Assembly (NCBI GenBank): GCA_963720005.1
Contig: CAVREM010000010.1
Location: forward strand, 3,471-67,470
Reading direction: 5' to 3'
DNA: 64,000 bases
Origin: an uncultured Acidobacteriota bacterium
Lineage (GTDB): Bacteria; Acidobacteriota; Vicinamibacteria; Vicinamibacterales; CAVVIG01
A model generated the notes under the pieces. It did no database searches, was not told the origin of the DNA, and saw only the letters and a list, made by a program, of their open reading frames with translations. Shown one piece after another: positions 1 to 9,960 of this stretch. Numbering within the stretch: the first letter of the stretch is position 1; each line of letters starts with the position of its first letter. The position numbers and the translations under genes were made by a program.

Positions 1-1458
1 AGCGGCCGCGCGCCGGCGCACGCCACATTGCGGGCCGCTTCGGCGACCGCGAGCATCGCGCCACGCCGCGGATCGAGATAACAGTAGCGGCCATTGCCGT
101 CGACCGACATGGCGAGGGCCCGCTCCGTTCCCTTGATCCGGACGACGCCCGCGCCGAGACCCGGCAAATTGATGGTGTTGGTCAGCACCATGTGGTCGTA
201 CTGCGTATACGCCCACCGTTTGCTCGCGACCGTCGGCGACCCGGCGACTGCACGCAGCGCGTCGTTCGCGTCGAGACGGACAGCAAGCGCGTCGAGATCG
301 AGGCGCTGCACCTCGGCAAGATAGGCAGGCACTTCCGTCGGACGCCGGTAGACCGGCGCTTCATCGGTCAACGCCCGATTCGGGATTTCGGCCACGACCG
401 TGCCGTGATCCTTCACGCGAAGCAGACCGTCGGCCGTCACCTCTCCGATGCGCACGGCGTGGAGATCCCACTTGTCGAAGATCCGTTCGACTTCCGCTTC
501 GCGGCCGCGTTTGACGACGAGCAGCATGCGCTCCTGCGACTCGGAGAGCATGATCTCGTACGGAGTCATGCCGGTCTCGCGCTGCGGGACGTGCGCCACG
601 TCGATTTCGATGCCCGCGCCGCCACGCGCGCCCATCTCGGTCGTGGAACAGGTGAGGCCAGCTGCCCCCATGTCCTGGATACCGACGAGCGCGTCGGTCT
701 GCATCACCTCGAGGCACGCTTCGAGGAGAAGCTTCTCCATGAAGGGATCGCCGACCTGGACGGCTGGCCGCTTCTCCGCCGACTTCTCGTCGAACTCGGC
801 CGACGCCATCGTCGCACCGTGAATGCCGTCGCGGCCGGTCTTGGCGCCGACGTAATAGACGGCGTTTCCGACACCAGACGCGACGCCCTTGATGATGTCG
901 GACGCCTTGGCAATACCGAGGCAGAACACGTTGACCAGCGGATTGCCGGCGTAACACGGTTCGAACGACAATCTCTCCGCCGACGGTCGGCACCCCGATG
1001 CTGTTGCCGTAGCCGGCAATTCCGGCGACGACGCCTTCGAGGAGTCGGGGAGTACCCGGGGCGTCGAGCGATCCGAACCTCAACGAGTTCATCAGCGCGA
1101 TCGGCCGCGCGCCCATCGTGAAGATGTCGCGAATGATGCCGCCGACGCCGGTCGCCGCGCCCTGGTACGGCTCGATGAACGACGGGTGGTTGTGCGATTC
1201 GATCTTGAAGACGGCCGCCAGCCCTTCGCCGATGTCGACCGCGCCGGCGTTCTCGCCCGGGCCCTGCAGCACCTGCGGGCCTTCGGTCGGCAGCGTCCGC
1301 AGGTGAACACGCGAACTCTTGTAGCTGCAGTGCTCGGACCACATCACCGAGAAGATGCCGAGCTCCGTGAGGTTCGGTTCGCGGCCGAGGAAGGCGACGA
1401 TGCGATCGTATTCGTCGCGCTTCAGCCCGTGGCGTTCGAGCACTGCGGAATCGATCAT
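1..1458 (-). pseudogene. purL: FGAM synthase II (PurL), N-terminal ~485 codons. The gene continues past the window start. The frame is broken by a 1-nt insertion near 966.
   Basis: The ATG at 1458 overlaps the repaired purQ stop (ATGA). Translation: [49 protein letters not shown]...[23 protein letters not shown]...[14 protein letters not shown]. It then continues one frame over as [22 protein letters not shown]... to the window edge. Confidence 0.9.
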
Positions 1459-2169
1459 GCGCGCGCGACCAGCGCACCGGTCTTGAGCGAATGCACCACC
1501 GATTCGAACAGCAGCCATCCCGTCGCCGCTGCCGAGGATCGGTTCGCACGCCCGTTCCGGATGGGGCATCAGGCCGACGACATTCCGCGCCTCGTTGCAG
1601 AGACCGGCGATCGCGGCGGCCGACCCGTTCGGGTTGGCTTCGTCGGAGACCTCACCCGCTGCGGTCGTATAACGGAACACCACCTGCCGACTGGCTTCGA
1701 GTCTCGCGATGACATCGGGCTCGGCAAAGTAATTCCCTTCGCCGTGCGCGATCGGAATACGGAGGACCTGGCCGCGGCGGCACTGCGCCGTGAACGGCGT
1801 ATCGGTCTGCTCGACGCGGATGTGGACGTGCTCGCAGCGGAACTTCAGCCCGCGATTGCGCAGCATCGCCCCTGGCAGCAGCCCGGCTTCGAGGAGGATC
1901 TGGAAGCCGTTGCAGATGCCGAGCACCGGACCGCCCCGCTTCGCGAATGCCTCGACCTCGCGCATGATCGGCGAGAAGCGCGCCATCGCACCGGTCCGGA
2001 GGTAATCGCCGTGCGCGAACCCGCCGGGAAGAATCACGACGTCGGCACCTTTCAAATCGGTGTCCTTGTGCCAGACGTAGTCCGCCGACTGGCCGACGAC
2101 ATCGCGAGCGGCGTGATAGGCGTCCTGATCGCAGTTGGAGCCGGGAAAGACAATGATCGCGAACTTCAC
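1455..2169 (-). pseudogene. purQ: FGAM synthase glutaminase subunit PurQ. The C-terminal ~20 codons are shifted by a 1-nt insertion near 1518.
   Basis: [16 protein letters not shown]...[10 protein letters not shown]...MPHPERA (class-I glutamine amidotransferase Cys and His). The repaired tail [20 protein letters not shown] ends at TGA 1455-1457. As given, ORF 361..2169 reads through into purL. Confidence 0.9.
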
Positions 2170-2190
2170 AGCGTTGACCCTCTGCGGTTG

Positions 2191-2430
2191 CTACTCGACT
2201 TCAATCCGGTAGCTCTCGATCACGGGATTCGCCAACAGCTTGTCGGCGACTTCCGCCGCGAGCGCTTTCGCTTGTGCCGCTTCGGCAGTCGCCAGATCGA
2301 GCTCGAAGTACTTGCCCTGCCGCACATCCTCCACGCCGCCGTAGCCGAGCGAATGGAGGGCTTCGGCGATGGTGCGCCCCTGCGGATCGAACACCGATGG
2401 CTTCAACGTCACGAATACACGCGCCCGCAT
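2191..2430 (-). CDS. purS: FGAM synthase subunit PurS
   Basis: A 79-aa ORF: MRARVFVTLKPSVFDPQGRTIAEALHSLGYGGVEDVRQGKYFELDL... It has typical PurS length and sequence and sits between purB and purQ. Confidence 0.9.
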   Translation of the reverse strand: MRARVFVTLKPSVFDPQGRTIAEALHSLGYGGVEDVRQGKYFELDLATAEAAQAKALAAEVADKLLANPVIESYRIEVE

Positions 2431-2431
2431 G

Positions 2432-3742
2432 TCACACCCTCACTGGAGCGTCCTGAAAGACGCGATCGAAGACGTGGTCGACGTGCCGGAACTGCTGATC
2501 GAGATCGAAGGCGCGCTCGATTGCCGCCCGGTCGAGCACCTGCGTGACGTCGGCATCGGCGAGCAGGAGCGCCTTGAAGTCGCGCTGTTCGGCGAACGAA
2601 CGCATCGCGTTGCGCTGCACCCAGTCGTAGGCCTGCTCGCGCGACACGCCCTTGCCGGCGAGTTCCAGCAGCACCGTGCCGGAAAAGACGACGCCGCGCG
2701 ACCGCTCCAGGTTCTCGCGCATGCGTTCGGGGTAGACGACCATTCCCTTTACGATTCGGGTGAACCGGCGGAGCATGTGATCGAGGGCGATGAAACTGTC
2801 CGGCAGAATCACGCGCTCGACGGAGGAATGCGAGATGTCGCGTTCGTGCCAGAGCGCCATGTTCTCGATCGCCGCATGCGCGTTCGCGCGCAGCAGGCGC
2901 GCCAGGCCCACCACCTGTTCGCAGCCGATCGGATTGCGTTTGTGCGGCATCGCCGACGAGCCCTTCTGGCCCTTGGCGAACGGCTCTTCGACCTCGCCGA
3001 TTTCGGTTTTCTGGAGGCCGCGAATCTCGAGCGCGAACTTCTCGAGCGACGCGGCGGTAATCGCCAGCGCCGACAGCAGTTCGGCGTGACGATCGCGCTG
3101 GATGACCTGCGACGACACCGGGGCGGGCGCCAGGCCGAGGCGCCGGCAGACATCGGCTTCCACCGCCGGCGGCAGGTGGGCAAAGGTTCCGACGGCACCG
3201 GAAAGCTTCCCGACGCTGACGACGTCCCTGGCGCGACGCACGCGATCGATGTCGCGGCCGACCTCCGCGTACCACAGCGCCAGCTTCAGACCGAACGTCA
3301 TCGGCTCGGCGTGGACGCCGTGCGTGCGGCCGATCATCGGGGTGCGCCGATGCTCGAACGCGCGGTCGCGGATCGCGTCGCTGAGGGCCGTGAGATCGCC
3401 GAGCACCAGGTCGCCAGCCTCACGCATCTGCAGCGCCTGGGCCGTATCGATGACGTCTGAAGAGGTCATCCCGAAATGCAGCCAGCGCGCGGACGGACCG
3501 ACGTGCTCGGCGACCGCCGTCGTGAACGCGATGACGTCGTGTTGGGTGACCTGCTCGATGGCCTCGATGCGGGCGATGTCGAACGCGCCGCGCTCGCGGA
3601 TGTCGCGCGCCGCCTCGGCCGGGATGATGCCTGCCGCCGCCATCGCTTCGGCGGCGGCCGTTTCGACCAGCAGCCACGTCTCGTAGCGGCGCTGGTCGCT
3701 CCAGATACGGCCCATCTCCGGGTGCGTGTATCGGGCAATCAT
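2432..3742 (-). CDS. purB: adenylosuccinate lyase
   Basis: The ATG at 3742 gives MIARYTHPEMGRIWS...FGMTSSDVIDTA...GSSAMPHKRNP (fumarate-lyase signature). The 190 in-frame codons further upstream in ORF 2432..4312 are Arg/Ala-rich and overlap the next gene, so I excluded them. Confidence 0.92.
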   Translation of the reverse strand: MIARYTHPEMGRIWSDQRRYETWLLVETAAAEAMAAAGIIPAEAARDIRERGAFDIARIEAIEQVTQHDVIAFTTAVAEHVGPSARWLHFGMTSSDVIDTAQALQMREAGDLVLGDLTALSDAIRDRAFEHRRTPMIGRTHGVHAEPMTFGLKLALWYAEVGRDIDRVRRARDVVSVGKLSGAVGTFAHLPPAVEADVCRRLGLAPAPVSSQVIQRDRHAELLSALAITAASLEKFALEIRGLQKTEIGEVEEPFAKGQKGSSAMPHKRNPIGCEQVVGLARLLRANAHAAIENMALWHERDISHSSVERVILPDSFIALDHMLRRFTRIVKGMVVYPERMRENLERSRGVVFSGTVLLELAGKGVSREQAYDWVQRNAMRSFAEQRDFKALLLADADVTQVLDRAAIERAFDLDQQFRHVDHVFDRVFQDAPVRV

Positions 3743-3765
3743 TGAATCGGGCGTCGGGAACCTTC

Positions 3766-5037
3766 CTAAGCGAGATCGAGCCGCTCGCGCGTCATCTGCA
3801 GACCGTTCACGTTGCCGAGCACGGTGGCCGCCAGCGCGCCGTCGCGAAACAGGTCGGCGGCCACCCGCTGCACATCTGCGGGCGTCACGCGCTCGATGCC
3901 CTGCAGCGTTTCGTCCAGGCCGAATTGCCGGTCGAAGTAGATCTCCTGGCGCGCCAGGTGTGACATCCGGCTGGCGGTGTTTTCCAGGCTCAGCATCAGG
4001 CTGCCCTTCAGGTGGTCTTTCGCGCGCTGCAGCTCGGCCGGCGGCACGGCGGCCTGCTTGATGCCTCGAAGTTCCTCGACGACCAGATCGATCACCTCGC
4101 CGACCGCTTCGTTGGCGCAGCCCGCGTAGATCGTGAACGAGCCGGCATCGCGATAGGCGCTCAGGCCGCTGAACACCGCGTACGCCAGGCCGCGCTTCTC
4201 GCGCACGTTCTGGAACAGCCGCGAACTCATCGAGCCGCCGAGCAGCGTGTTCAGGACATAGCTCGAGTAGCGGTCGTCGTGGTTCTGCGGATAGCTGCTC
4301 GCCCCGAGGCAAACGTGGCTCTGCTCGAGCTCCTTGTTGCGGATCAGGATCTTCGGCACCACCGTCGGTGCCTGCTCGCTGAACGGCTCACCGACCGCCG
4401 TGAGCCTGCCGAACTTCTCGGTCACGAGGTCCCGGACGCGGTCGTGCTCGAGATTGCCGACGGCTGAAACGACCAGGTTCCGCGGCGTGTAGGAGTTGAC
4501 GAAGTAATGGCGGAGGACCGCGGAATCGAACGACTCGACGGTCTCGCGCGTGCCGAGAATCGGACGGCCGAGCGGATGGTTCTCCCAGAAACCCTGCGTG
4601 AACAGCTCGTGGACCAGATCGTCGGGCGTATCCTCGACCATCTTGATTTCTTCCACGACCACTTTCTTCTCGCGCTCGACGTCCTCCGGGCCGAACGCCG
4701 GGTTCAGGACGATGTCGGAGAGGATGTCGAGGGCCAGCGGCAGGTGCTCGTCGAGCACCTTGATGTAGTAGCTGGCGTATTCCTTGGCGGTGAATGCGTC
4801 GAGCTGTCCGCCGATCGAATCGATGGCCTGGGCGATGTCCTCGGCGCTGCGCGTCGCCGTGCCCTTGAAGAGCATGTGCTCCACGAAGTGAGCGATGCCG
4901 CCCTGCTCGGCCGTTTCGTGCCGGGATCCGCGGGTCAGCCAGACCCCGATGCTGATCGAGCGGACCTGCGTCATCCGCTCCGTGAGGATGCGGAGGCCGT
5001 TATCGAGAACGTCCCGGACAATCGGTGAATTTGACAA
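3766..5037 (-). CDS. M16-family zinc metallopeptidase (insulinase/PqqL-like)
   Basis: An intact 423-aa ORF with the inverted zinc motif HFVEHMLFKGT (HxxEH) near the N-terminus and two M16 halves. Confidence 0.85.
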   Translation of the reverse strand: MSNSPIVRDVLDNGLRILTERMTQVRSISIGVWLTRGSRHETAEQGGIAHFVEHMLFKGTATRSAEDIAQAIDSIGGQLDAFTAKEYASYYIKVLDEHLPLALDILSDIVLNPAFGPEDVEREKKVVVEEIKMVEDTPDDLVHELFTQGFWENHPLGRPILGTRETVESFDSAVLRHYFVNSYTPRNLVVSAVGNLEHDRVRDLVTEKFGRLTAVGEPFSEQAPTVVPKILIRNKELEQSHVCLGASSYPQNHDDRYSSYVLNTLLGGSMSSRLFQNVREKRGLAYAVFSGLSAYRDAGSFTIYAGCANEAVGEVIDLVVEELRGIKQAAVPPAELQRAKDHLKGSLMLSLENTASRMSHLARQEIYFDRQFGLDETLQGIERVTPADVQRVAADLFRDGALAATVLGNVNGLQMTRERLDLA

Positions 5038-5111
5038 AGCTTGACACGCGATAAAGCGTTGAGCGAGAAGGGATTACACGTTAGAACGCACATTATAACA
5101 TGGTAACGTAA

Positions 5112-6197
5112 GTGGTGGTGTCGGCCGAGATGACGCGTCCCGATCTTGCCGAGCTCGACCGCCTCGGTCTGGAGGCCGCACTCGAAGAGCGCGGACAGCA
5201 GCGCTTCCGCGCCCGGCAAATCTTCGGCTGGATTTACCGCCACGGCGTCACCGACATCCAGGCGATGACCAACCTGCCGCAAGTTCTGCGGGACTCGGTC
5301 GGTGCCGGCTTCACGCTGACGACGCCTGAAATCGCCGCACGGGAGCGGTCGTCCGACGGGACTGAAAAGTTCCTGCTGACGCTCGGCGACGGCCGCCAGA
5401 TCGAATCGGTCTTCATCCCGGACACGCCCGCGATGACGTTCTGCGTCTCCACGCAGGTCGGCTGTGCGATGGCGTGCGCGTTCTGCCTCACCGGGAAGAT
5501 GGGGCTCGTGCGAAACCTGACGGCGGGTGAGATTGCCGGTCAGGTTCGGGTGCTCGCCGGCGCGCTGGACATGCGGAGTACCGCGTTCAACATCGTCCTG
5601 ATGGGGATGGGCGAACCCCTGCACAACTACGACGAGACGATGAAGGCGCTTCGAATCCTGGCTGACGAGAACGGATTGGCGGTCCCGCCGCGCCGTGTGA
5701 CGTTGTCGACGGTCGGCCTGTTGCCGGCACTCGAACGCCTCGCCCGTGAGCCGCTGATGCCGAACCTCGCGATCTCCCTGCACGCGCCGACCGACCTTCA
5801 GCGGGGCGAGCTCGTGCCGATCAACAGGAAGTACGGCATCGCGGAGATCATCGACGCCTGCAAGCGTTTCCCGTTGCGCCGCCGCAGCCGGATCACGTTC
5901 GAGTACGTGCTGCTCGCCGGTGTCAACGATTCTCCCGAGGATGCCACGCGGCTCGCACGGCTGCTCGCCGGCGTCAAGTCGAAGGTCAATCTCATCCCGC
6001 TGAACGCGGCCGCAGGGATTCCGTTCGATCGGCCGTCGGATGCCGCGATCGACAGGTTCGCGAAGATTCTCGCCGAACGGGGCGTGACCGTCTCAGTGCG
6101 CAAGAGCCGGGGCCGGGATATACGGGCGGCCTGCGGTCAGCTGATCGTGGAAGGCCAGAAGAAATCAGCCGGGCAGAAGCTCGCCGTCATGATCTGA
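5112..6197 (+). CDS. rlmN: 23S rRNA/tRNA m2A methyltransferase RlmN (radical SAM)
   Basis: RFRARQIFGWIY..., radical-SAM CAMACAFCLTG (CxxxCxxC), GMGEPLHN, C-terminal ACGQL. The start could instead be the ATG at 5130. Confidence 0.9.
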   Translation: MVVSAEMTRPDLAELDRLGLEAALEERGQQRFRARQIFGWIYRHGVTDIQAMTNLPQVLRDSVGAGFTLTTPEIAARERSSDGTEKFLLTLGDGRQIESVFIPDTPAMTFCVSTQVGCAMACAFCLTGKMGLVRNLTAGEIAGQVRVLAGALDMRSTAFNIVLMGMGEPLHNYDETMKALRILADENGLAVPPRRVTLSTVGLLPALERLAREPLMPNLAISLHAPTDLQRGELVPINRKYGIAEIIDACKRFPLRRRSRITFEYVLLAGVNDSPEDATRLARLLAGVKSKVNLIPLNAAAGIPFDRPSDAAIDRFAKILAERGVTVSVRKSRGRDIRAACGQLIVEGQKKSAGQKLAVMI

Positions 6198-7439
6198 CGT
6201 CACCCGCACGCGGACCCATTCGTTCCGGCGCCGGCCTGCGGCAATCCTCAGTTTCAGGTAGTTACCGGTCACGACCAGCGATCCGTCCTCGAGCGTCAAG
6301 CCCTGATGGACGGTGCCGACCTGCGATTGGTGGAAGCGTTCCGTCAACCGCTGCGAGATCTCCCGAACACGCCTGGCCCGGGCGCGCACGATCGGACCAG
6401 GCACCGCGCCGCCCATCGTGGCCGCCCGCGTCCCCGGTCGATCCGAATAGGGGAAGACGTGCACGTGCGTCAGCGGTGAACGTCTCCAGATACGACGCAA
6501 GGGCGTCGAAGTCGCGATCGGTCTCGCCGGGAAAGCCGACGATCACGTCTGAACCGATCGATGCCGCAGGCATACGCCGCCGCACGTGCGTCCACGAGGC
6601 CGGAGTAGTACGACGATCGTGTACGGGCGGCCCATCGCGGAGAGCATCCGATCGCTGGCATGCTGCAGCGGCAAATGGAAATGCGGCGCAAGCGAGGCCG
6701 ACGAGGCGACCAGATCGACGATCTCCCGGGAACAGTCCATCGGCTCGAGCGAACTGATGCGGAAGAGCACATCGCCTGGCGACGCGGCGCAGCGCGACGA
6801 GCAACTCGAACAGCGATGAACGCGGCGAGAGGTCGCGGCCATAGGACCCCAGGTGCACGCCGGTGAGGGCGATCTCCTTGAATCCGGCCGCCGTGATCCG
6901 CGCCGCTTCGCGCAGAACGTCTCGGGCGGCAGACTCCGCGGCCGTCCTCGGGTCGACGGGATGATGCAGTACGAGCACGGTTCGGCGCAGCCGGTCTGAA
7001 CGCGCAGCGTGAACGCCGTCCGGCCGGCGATGCCTGGCTCGATCCGGCTCCGCAGCTTCCGTCGCCGTCACCGAAACCGCTCGGCGGTCGAGAATTCGTC
7101 CTCGATCGCCGGTCGGACCAGCTGCGTGACCATTCGCGGCTTGTCGTCATTCGGAACGACGCGAATCACGTTCGGCAGGGCCGCCACGTCGGCCGGCTGA
7201 CGAGTGGCGTAGCAGCCGGTGACGACGATCCGGGCGTTGGGATTGGAGCGGGCAATTCGACGGATTGTCTGACGCGCTCCCTGATCAGCTGACGCGGTCA
7301 CCGAGCAGGTGTTGACGACGACCAGATCGGCTTCCTCGGGTGGGGCGGGGGCCGCGCCGGACTGGAGAAGCGCCTCTTCAAAGCCGAGCGAGTCAGCCTG
7401 ATTGACGCGGCAGCCGAAGGTGATGACGGAGTACTTCAC
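6165..7439 (-). pseudogene. mtaB: MiaB/MtaB-family tRNA methylthiotransferase, heavily disrupted (at least 5 frameshifts plus an in-frame TGA at 7068-7070)
   Basis: The GTG at 7439 overlaps the repaired purD stop (GTGA). Real segments lie in three frames: [16 protein letters not shown]...VVNTCSVT; GRTAFTLRVQTGCAEPCSYCIIPSTRG (radical-SAM CxxxCxxC); AAGFKEIALTGVHLGSYG; RISSLEPMD...HFHLPLQHASDRML; IGSDVIVGFPGETDRDF; HVFPYSDRPGT... with a TRAM-like tail. The 3' end overlaps rlmN by 33 nt (convergent). Confidence 0.8.
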
Positions 7440-8708
7440 AGCGCCTTTCTGTCCGATGTCCCGCCGGTACTGCATCCCGTCGAACGAGATCTTCCCGACG
7501 CCATCGTATGCGCGACCAATCGCTTCGGAGAAATCGCGTCCGCCCCCCACCACCGTCAGCACTCTGCCTCCGGCGGTGACAAGCCGGCCCTCGTGCAGCG
7601 CCGTACCGGCGTGGAAGACCGACACGCCGGGAACCTGCTCAGCTTCGGCGACGCCCTCAATCTCGCATCCGGATTGAGACGACTCGGGATAGCCGCGTGA
7701 CGCGAGCACGACGCCGACGAGGCGCTCGGACGACAACCGGCATGACGCCTGTCGAAGCTGACCCGCCGCGCCAGCCACGAGAAGCGGCAGGAGCGGCTCA
7801 TCGATTCGAGACAACACCACTTGAGCTTCCGGATCGCCCAGCCGAACGTTGAACTCGATCACCTTCGGGCCGGCGTCCGTCAACATCAATCCCGCATACA
7901 GAAAGCCGCGAAACTCATGGCCCTCGAGCGCCATCCCGGCAATAACCGGATTGACGATCTCCTTCATCACCCGGTCGTGAAGCGCGTCGTCGACGAGCGG
8001 GCTCGGCGCGAACGCTCCCATGCCACCGGTGTTCGGGCCGCGGTCATCGTCGAAAATCCGCTTGTGATCCTGGGCCGCGCCGATGGACACCGCGCGCGTG
8101 CCGTCTGCGACACGAAGAACGAGACCTCCGGGCCCGACAGGCACTCTTCGATCACGAGACGCAGGCCGGCATCGCCGAACCGGCGGTCGTCCATCGCCTC
8201 GTGCGCCGCCGCTTCGGCCTGGTCGAGGTTCCCCGCGATCACGACGCCCTTGCCGGCAGCGAGGCCGTCCGCCTTCAACACGACCGGGAAGCCAAACTTC
8301 CCCGAGCGCAAGGTCGACGTTGCCGCAGCCACAGAGTCGACAACCTCGAATCGCGCCGTGGGGACGCCGTGACGGGCCATGAACGCTTTCGCGAAGGCCT
8401 TGCTGGATTCCAGGCGGGCCGCGGCCGCGGTCGGGCCGAAGACCAGGTGGCCCTGGCTCGGCGAGGCGATCGGCAAGCCCCAGGCTCAACGGCAACTCCG
8501 GTCCCACGACGATGAAATCGACCTGTTCCCGCTCGACGACGTCAACGAGATCATCCGGGCGGGACAGATCCGCGTGAACGAGACGGGCAATCGCCTTGAT
8601 GCCCGGATTTCCTGGCGCGCAGAGGATTTCCCCGACGTCGCGTTCGGAAGCAAGCCTGCGCGTGAGGGCATGCTCGCGCGCGCCGGAACCGACGACCAGA
8701 ACTCTCAT
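7436..8708 (-). pseudogene. purD: phosphoribosylamine-glycine ligase PurD, with three frameshifts (near 8460, 8113 and 7445)
   Basis: [15 protein letters not shown]...VVGPELPL, then (other frame) [32 protein letters not shown]...[14 protein letters not shown]...[13 protein letters not shown], then (back) [37 protein letters not shown]...RRDIG. The repaired end QKAL-TGA is at 7436-7438. As given, the ORF runs on into mtaB. Confidence 0.88.
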
Positions 8709-8774
8709 CGAGTGAACAACTTAGAAGCGAAGATGGGTCTGCACGGGGCCGGACCGGCGGCGGGGAGTATTTCG

Positions 8775-8804
8775 TTGACGTGACTCAGGTATTGCGCCTA
8801 GAAT
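8775..8804 (+). promoter_or_regulatory. candidate sigma-70 promoter for rpsU
   Basis: TTGACG (8775-8780), an 18-nt spacer, then TAGAAT (8799-8804). It lies about 65 nt upstream of the rpsU start in an otherwise GC-rich region. Confidence 0.4.
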
Positions 8805-8867
8805 CCGCGTCTGCCTGTGCTAGCCTAGCATATTTGTGATCATTGGCCACCCGCGAAAGGGGTGTGA

Positions 8868-9071
8868 TTGTTCGTGGCTGAAGTGAAGATTCAGGAGGGC
8901 GAATCCATAGAGAGCGCGCTCCGACGGTTCAAGCGGAAGGTGCAGCAGGAAGACATCATCAAGGACATCAAGAAGCACTCGTTCTACTTGAAGCCTGGTG
9001 ACAAGCGGCGCGCGAAGCAGGCGCTGGCGCGCAAGCGCAACCGAAAGAAGCTCCGACGCGAGTTGGAGTAG
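8868..9071 (+). CDS. rpsU: 30S ribosomal protein bS21
   Basis: ...AEVKIQEGESIESALRRFKRKVQQEDIIKDIKKHSFYLKPGDKRRAKQALARKRNRKK. The true start may be the GTG at 8874. Confidence 0.9.
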   Translation: MFVAEVKIQEGESIESALRRFKRKVQQEDIIKDIKKHSFYLKPGDKRRAKQALARKRNRKKLRRELE

Positions 9072-9101
9072 TCGACCCGAGCCGGGACGAGGTAGCGACC
9101 G

Positions 9102-9410
9102 ATGGAGTTCCAAGACCGGATCCTCAGGTGCGTGGACTGCGGGACGGAGTTCATCTGGACGGCGGGCGAACAGCAGTTTTTCGCCGACAAGAACTTCAAG
9201 AACGAACCGAAGCGGTGCAAGGGCTGCAAAGCGAAGCGGGCCAGCCGCCCGGTGGGTGCCCCTGTCGCGCGCGAACGGGTCGAAACCTTGACCACGTGCT
9301 CGGCGTGTGGGAAGGAGACGACGGTGCCTTTCAAGCCGACCCAGGGCCGTCCGGTCTTCTGCAAGGAGTGCTTCCAGTCCCGCAAGTTTGCGGGGGCCGG
9401 CGGCGTCTAA
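9102..9410 (+). CDS. double zinc-ribbon protein (CxxC...CxxC x2), function unknown
   Basis: A 102-aa ORF with two repeats of the pattern C-x2-C...F...C-x2-C (CVDCGTEFIWTAGEQQFFADKNFKNEPKRCKGC and CSACGKETTVPFKPTQGRPVFCKEC). It resembles the 'probable zinc-ribbon' small-protein family. Confidence 0.7.
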   Translation: MEFQDRILRCVDCGTEFIWTAGEQQFFADKNFKNEPKRCKGCKAKRASRPVGAPVARERVETLTTCSACGKETTVPFKPTQGRPVFCKECFQSRKFAGAGGV

Positions 9411-9440
9411 CTCCTCGCGCGTTCCCTCGGACAAACGATC

Positions 9441-9486
9441 GGCGGCCGTCGGCCGCCCTCGGCCTTCGCCCGGCGATGCCGGGCGA
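9441..9486 (+). terminator. two GC-rich hairpins downstream of the zinc-ribbon gene (possible terminator; no U-tract)
   Basis: GGCGGCC-gtc-GGCCGCC (9441-9457) and TCGCCCGGC-gat-GCCGGGCGA (9466-9486). Both stems are perfect. Confidence 0.35.
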
Positions 9487-9589
9487 GGCGCTCGCCACAA
9501 TGCGGCAGCGGGCCGCGCCGCAGCCCATGATATTGTGGCGGGCGGCGTGGGTGCTATAAGCTCACATTCGATCACCGGGAGCATGTTCC

Positions 9590-9943
9590 ATGCAGATTGA
9601 TCAGAGGGCGGTCGGCGATGTGGTGGTGCTCGACCTGAAAGGTCGGATCACGATGGGTGAGGGCGATGAGCTGCTGAAAGACAAGGTCAACAGCCTGGTC
9701 AATCAGGGCCACAAGAAGATCGTCCTCAATCTCGCCGAGGTGCCGTACATCGACAGCGCCGGGCTCGGGGAAATCGTGCGGACCTACACGACGGTCAGCC
9801 GCCAGGGCGGCAGCCTCAAGCTGCTGAGCCTGACCAAGCGGATCACCGACCTGCTGTCGATCACGAAGCTACTGACGGTGTTCGAGACGTTCGATGCCGA
9901 GAACGACGCAGTGCGTAGCTTCTCGGCATCGGCCAAGGTGTAG
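9590..9943 (+). CDS. STAS-domain anti-sigma-factor antagonist (SpoIIAA/RsbV-like)
   Basis: A 117-aa ORF: VVVLDLKGRIT...LNLAEVPYIDSAGLGEIV (conserved phosphorylatable Ser in the DSAGLG motif). No partner kinase or phosphatase is adjacent. Confidence 0.8.
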   Translation: MQIDQRAVGDVVVLDLKGRITMGEGDELLKDKVNSLVNQGHKKIVLNLAEVPYIDSAGLGEIVRTYTTVSRQGGSLKLLSLTKRITDLLSITKLLTVFETFDAENDAVRSFSASAKV

Positions 9944-9960
9944 TCAGCGTCCCGCGCTAG

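Noticed and set aside
361-2169. A 602-aa ORF that looks like a PurQ-PurL fusion protein. Similarly, ORF 7068..8708 looks like a PurD-MtaB fusion.
   Set aside because: Both arise from 1-nt insertions a few codons before the natural stop. The shifted frames give typical C-termini ending in TGA, overlapping the next start (ATGA, GTGA).
7068-7070. The in-frame TGA in mtaB, considered as a selenocysteine codon.
   Set aside because: MtaB is not a known selenoprotein, the position is in a variable linker, and I see no SECIS-like hairpin immediately downstream. The gene also carries at least 5 other lesions.
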